From the IMG/VR virus record IMGVR_UViG_3300031964_000784: a DNA stretch of 64,000 bases. One strand, given 5' to 3'. Shown piece by piece: positions 60,033 to 64,000 of this stretch. The notes below the pieces were generated by a model that was not told where the DNA came from, ran no database searches, and saw only the letters and a program-made list of their open reading frames with translations. Source of the stretch: a virus. Positions within the stretch are counted from its first letter, which is position 1. Every line of letters begins with the position of its first letter. Position numbers and translations under genes: made by a program.

Positions 60033-63000
60033 ATGTCTATCGGCAAGGAAATCAAGGTCGTTTTAACCCTGGATGACGCGGGGTTCAGTGTAAAGACCAA
60101 GAGCGCTTCCGATACAGTCAAGCTGTTGGAAGCGGGACTCAATAGTGTCGGCAAGGTTGCCGAATCACTGGAGGGTTCCGTTTCTGATTTAACGGATAGC
60201 ATTTCCTCGTTCGGTGACGGCTTCAAGTCCGTCAACAAGAATCTCGAAGGTATCTCCAAGCAACTAAGCGAGCTTGGCGGCAAGTTCGCTAGTGTTGGCG
60301 AAAAGGCAGAAGCCGCGTCTGATGGCGTCGATACCCTTGCGGCATCCACCAAATCTCTTAACGCAGCGTCACCGGATCGCTGGGCAAAGCTCTATAGCGA
60401 GAGCCTGACAACGCTAGCGCCGGCAATTCGCAGCACAGTTGCCAGCATTCTCCAACTTGATGAAACAAACGCCGCCAGTGTCGCGGCAGGTAAGCGTGCG
60501 GCCGAAGGTACTGCCGCAAACCGTCTGAAGGCGCTGGAGGCGGAACGCGCCGGCAATCTCAAAATCATCGCCTCCCGCGAGGCCATGCTTGTAGAGCTGG
60601 AAGCATTGCAAGGAAAATTAAACCACCTGCATGGCGCGAATGTCGCGCCGGCCAAGAACTACTTTGGAAAGAACGCCGCGAAGGGCGAGCAAATCAAAGC
60701 GGAAGCCTTGCCGTTTGCGCAGGGGGCGAGCGAAGCGGAAGCTGAAGCAAAGCATGTGCAGGCAACCGTTGATGAAATGAAATGGAAGAATGCAGAGATT
60801 GAAAAATCGATCGCATTAATCCAAGAAGAGGCCGCTGCGTCATCGGTTGCTGCTGCCGTCGGAAAGGCAAATGCCGAAGAGGTGATAAAAATCACCCAGA
60901 TGAGCGCCAACGCTGCCCGCGCTGCTGATGCCGAGAAGCGCGCATCAGCGGTAGAGACGGCTCGAACTATCGCCGCAGCCAATCAAGAAGTCGCGGATGC
61001 GCAAAAGAGACACTTCGCGGAGCAAAAAGAGCTAGGCGCCCAATCCAACGATATGTGGAAAGGTTTGGCCGAACTCTACGCCGCCGGCAAGATAGAGGAA
61101 GCGCTAAAGGCTTCAGTCAAGGACGCTGACGAGTACCAACGCATCGTCGATCGTATGCGCGGCGCCGGAATTGACGGTGCCCAAGGCGCGAAGAACACGC
61201 TCGAACTGGCAAAAAAGGTCGAAGATGCAAATCCGAATCTGGGTCGAACCGATTCGCTGAAGATGACTATGGCGGCAACCGCCGGCACAGTAAGCACCGA
61301 CCAGAAGAACCTGGGCGTGATTGTTCCAGAGATAGCCAAGGTGCTGACCGTTCTGGAACGGGATTTTCCTGCGCTTGTCGCCAACAAGGAAGATTTCGCC
61401 AAGAACGTGATGGGCGTGATGGAGGCGCGCGGCATTACCCAAGACCCGAAAAAAATGCTCGACACGCTGGACAATCTTGCCCGCGCCATCACATTGAGCC
61501 AAGGGAAGATGGGCGTGCAGGATTACGAAACGCTGATGCGTCGTGGCGGTCCTGGTAATGCGGTTGCGAAAGACAACGAATCGATCCTTTGGGACTATGC
61601 GGCAGCGGCGCAATTCAAGGTTGCCGGCGGTGGTGGCGGGGGAGGCGCGGGCGGCGTGTCAACCTTTGCCACGATGCAGAAGCAATCCGAGAAACGGGCC
61701 GCTGGGGGTGTCGCCGAAACACAAAACGCAGTCGACCTTCTGACCGAGTTCGGCGTTATTGACAAGAGCCAGCTTCATAAGGCAAATGGGGTAGGTGACG
61801 ACGACTCGTTGCCGAGTCATTTTAAAACGGTTGCATACGCCGGATCTGAACACGCGGCCGAGAACATGACCAAGTTCGCAATGGACATGGTTAACGAGGT
61901 GAAGAAGAAGCTGGCAGCATCCAATCCCAACGACTTCCGCTTCTTTGCCCCTGGCGACGACAGAAAGTCAGATGCCGCTCAATCGAGAGCGTTCAACAAA
62001 TACGCCCAAAGCGCATTCAGTAACACAAGCGAATCGCAGTATTATTCGACGTTTGCCTCGCAGGGTACGCAAGACCGGATCGGGAAAGAGGTACAAGCAT
62101 CCAAAGACGCGCCCTCGTATGGCAAAGACCAGGAAGAGATAATGAAGTCCTGGGGGATGGCTGTACAGACGACAAACGCCCAATTGGAAAAGTTAGGCGT
62201 AGTTGTCGGCAACATCCTAATTCCAGTTCTCAAGCCGATGATGGAAGTCGTCACGTCCGTTGTGACTACGCTTCGCGAATTCGGCGAGAACGATCCAACT
62301 GCCGCCAAACTCGCTGTGATTGCCACAGCCGGCCTGGCTGTCAATATGGCCTTTCAAGGCTTCAAGAGTGTATTTGGTGTCGTTGGCAACCTATCGAGTG
62401 TGCTGAGTAGTGCGTCCAACTCTGCAAAGGGGATGGAGGTATCGACCAGCGGCCTTGCGACCTCTACCGCGAGCGCGCGCAAGGAAATGGTCGCCAATCT
62501 TGCAACCGCTGAAAGTTCGGCCCTCGCCCACCGCGAATTGGCACAAATTCAGCTTGCCGAGGCGCAGGCGACGGTATCAAACGCCAAAGGCTACGGTCAG
62601 TGGACAAGCGCAGTCAATCAGCTCATTCCGGCGCAAGCAAACGCTACGGCTAAAACAATCGCGCACACGACCGCGCAGACGGCATTGCAAAATGCACAGA
62701 AGGCATCAACACTTGGCGCGCGGGCATTGAATGGCGCGCTTAGTCTGTTCGGCGGCCCAATCGGTTTAATAATTACCGGGTTGACCGTTGCTATCGGGCT
62801 GTGGGATGCGTTCGGCGACCACGCCGCGACCGCTGCTGAAAAGGCCAAAGAGAAGACCGGCGAGGTTGTCGCGGAGGTCGATCAGGCGATCAAGCGCATG
62901 CAGGAAGAGCTGCAAGTTGCAAGCGGAGGCGAGAATGCGGTAGCCCGCAATAAGATTTCTGACAGCATTTCCTCTGACAAGACAAGTTTGGAGCAAGCGA

Positions 63001-64000
63001 AGCGGGATGCCGCAGCGGCCGAGCAAAACTTCGCAGACACTTCAAAACATGCCGGTGGAGATAGCGGCGAGGTGGCTATTGCCGCGAGCGCCAGTGCCGC
63101 AAGCAAAGCAGAAGCGGCGGTCAAATCGCTTGAGGATGGGATAAAACTCAAGGAGCAGAAGCTCAACGACTTGAACGAGCAAGAAAACAAGAACATTCTT
63201 GCTCGCGCAGCCAATACTGCAAAAGCGGCCGAACAGGCGCAGAAGCTATTATCGGACGCAACCAAGGCGGGCGCGGCGAAGGCTGACGCTACGAAGGGAG
63301 GGGCGACCCCGGCCGACCCTGGCGCCTTTACGCCGCCTAAGTCGAACTTTTCGCCAGTAAGTAAAGAACGCGCACCCGCAGAAGATCCACTGACAGCGGC
63401 GCTCGCTACCGCCGCAGCCAAGGTCGATGAGCAACAGATCAAGTTGGAGTCCATTATCAGCGGCGGCGAGAAGCTGTCCGATCTGAATGCAGAAGCAGCA
63501 GCAGTTATTGAGGGAAACCGCAAAGCTGGACAATACGACACGACTTCAAGAGATAGCAAGGGCAAAGAAACGCGATCCACGCCAGGCGCAGATTCGTCGC
63601 GCATCGCCGACCTAAAGGCCCAAACAGCCGCCAATATGCTGTTGGCCGAGCAGATCAAAGCCGTTACCTTTGCCAATGAGCGTGTCGCCGCCGCACAGGA
63701 TGAAACAGACTTTGCGATGGATCGCCTCGATGATGGCAACTTGTCCAAGCAAACCGACGCCTTCCGCGCGCTGACGCGGGAACTGGATCGGGCTGAAGAG
63801 CGACTTGGCGCCGGCGCAAAGGCATTTGAGGCGTGGGGTCAAAAGAAGGACAAGGCGCTTTTGGGGCAGGCGCTTGCCGACGGCGCGAACCAGGCCGCAA
63901 ACGACAAGCAGTCGCAAAAGACCGACACCAGCGGCATGTCACACAACGAAGCCATTACGTCAGAGCAAGGTGACGCCAACAAGAAGATCAATGACGTCCT
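60033..64000 (+). CDS. tape measure protein (3'-truncated by window edge)
   Basis: Frame 60033 consistent at spot checks through the end (>1300 codons), Ala-rich helical; follows chaperones. Confidence 0.9.
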   Translation, partial: MSIGKEIKVVLTLDDAGFSVKTKSASDTVKLLEAGLNSVGKVAESLEGSVSDLTDSISSFGDGFKSVNKNLEGISKQLSELGGKFASVGEKAEAASDGVDTLAASTKSLNAASPDRWAKLYSESLTTLAPAIRSTVASILQLDETNAASVAAGKRAAEGTAANRLKALEAERAGNLKIIASREAMLVELEALQGKLNHLHGANVAPAKNYFGKNAAKGEQIKAEALPFAQGASEAEAEAKHVQATVDEMKWKNAEIEKSIALIQEEAAASSVAAAVGKANAEEVIKITQMSANAARAADAEKRASAVETARTIAAANQEVADAQKRHFAEQKELGAQSNDMWKGLAELYAAGKIEEALKASVKDADEYQRIVDRMRGAGIDGAQGAKNTLELAKKVEDANPNLGRTDSLKMTMAATAGTVSTDQKNLGVIVPEIAKVLTVLERDFPALVANKEDFAKNVMGVMEARGITQDPKKMLDTLDNLARAITLSQGKMGVQDYETLMRRGGPGNAVAKDNESILWDYAAAAQFKVAGGGGGGGAGGVSTFATMQKQSEKRAAGGVAETQNAVDLLTEFGVIDKSQLHKANGVGDDDSLPSHFKTVAYAGSEHAAENMTKFAMDMVNEVKKKLAASNPNDFRFFAPGDDRKSDAAQSRAFNKYAQSAFSNTSESQYYSTFASQGTQDRIGKEVQASKDAPSYGKDQEEIMKSWGMAVQTTNAQLEKLGVVVGNILIPVLKPMMEVVTSVVTTLREFGENDPTAAKLAVIATAGLAVNMAFQGFKSVFGVVGNLSSVLSSASNSAKGMEVSTSGLATSTASARKEMVANLATAESSALAHRELAQIQLAEAQATVSNAKGYGQWTSAVNQLIPAQANATAKTIAHTTAQTALQNAQKASTLGARALNGALSLFGGPIGLIITGLTVAIGLWDAFGDHAATAAEKAKEKTGEVVAEVDQAIKRMQEELQVASGGENAVARNKISDSISSDKTSLEQAKRDAAAAEQNFADTSKHAGGDSGEVAIAASASAASKAEAAVKSLEDGIKLKEQKLNDLNEQENKNILARAANTAKAAEQAQKLLSDATKAGAAKADATKGGATPADPGAFTPPKSNFSPVSKERAPAEDPLTAALATAAAKVDEQQIKLESIISGGEKLSDLNAEAAAVIEGNRKAGQYDTTSRDSKGKETRSTPGADSSRIADLKAQTAANMLLAEQIKAVTFANERVAAAQDETDFAMDRLDDGNLSKQTDAFRALTRELDRAEERLGAGAKAFEAWGQKKDKALLGQALADGANQAANDKQSQKTDTSGMSHNEAITSEQGDANKKINDV

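Noticed and set aside
1-64000. Insertion sequences, integrase, retron/DGR reverse transcriptase, rRNA
   Set aside because: No transposase, recombinase or RT motifs (e.g. YADD), no terminal inverted repeats and no rRNA-like sequence were seen.

Overview
The window is a 64-kb segment of a large temperate tailed-phage genome, most likely a phage-plasmid. It carries a ParA/ParG-type partition pair together with a full siphovirus-like virion module, and the gene content and order resemble SSU5/pHCM2-like elements (inferred from gene order, not from a search). Layout: (i) 1-20 kb, recombination and nucleotide metabolism (5'-3' exonuclease, RecA, SleB-like hydrolase, SbcD/SbcC, RuvC-like resolvase, class II RNR, ThyX, MazG-like protein, NMP-kinase-like protein, AlkB-like dioxygenase, Nmad5-like protein, DEDDh exonuclease). 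(ii) 20-34.5 kb, many small co-oriented ORFs of unknown function with structured, repeat-rich intergenic DNA. (iii) 34.7-41 kb, accessory cargo (pilin-domain lipoprotein, lysozyme-like toxin plus membrane immunity-like pair, degenerate tRNA plus a possible structured RNA, parA/parG). (iv) 41-48 kb, SF2 helicase and a ParB-ParB-ABC ATPase-thioredoxin-GNAT-wHTH cassette with an inserted Acb2 anti-CBASS gene. (v) 48.4-64 kb, terminase, portal, scaffold, capsid, head-tail, tail tube, frameshifted tail chaperone and a truncated tape measure gene. The strongest non-coding signal is an 18-bp palindrome, TAAGTCA-N4-TGACTTA, found about 22 times by eye in intergenic or stop-codon positions and overlapping sigma70-like promoters of both early and late genes. 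Two AT-rich loci (about 31.4 kb and 48.2 kb) share an iteron-like TTGGGGCCG...CCCCAAGTGA architecture. All family assignments come from motif recognition by eye; no database search was run.
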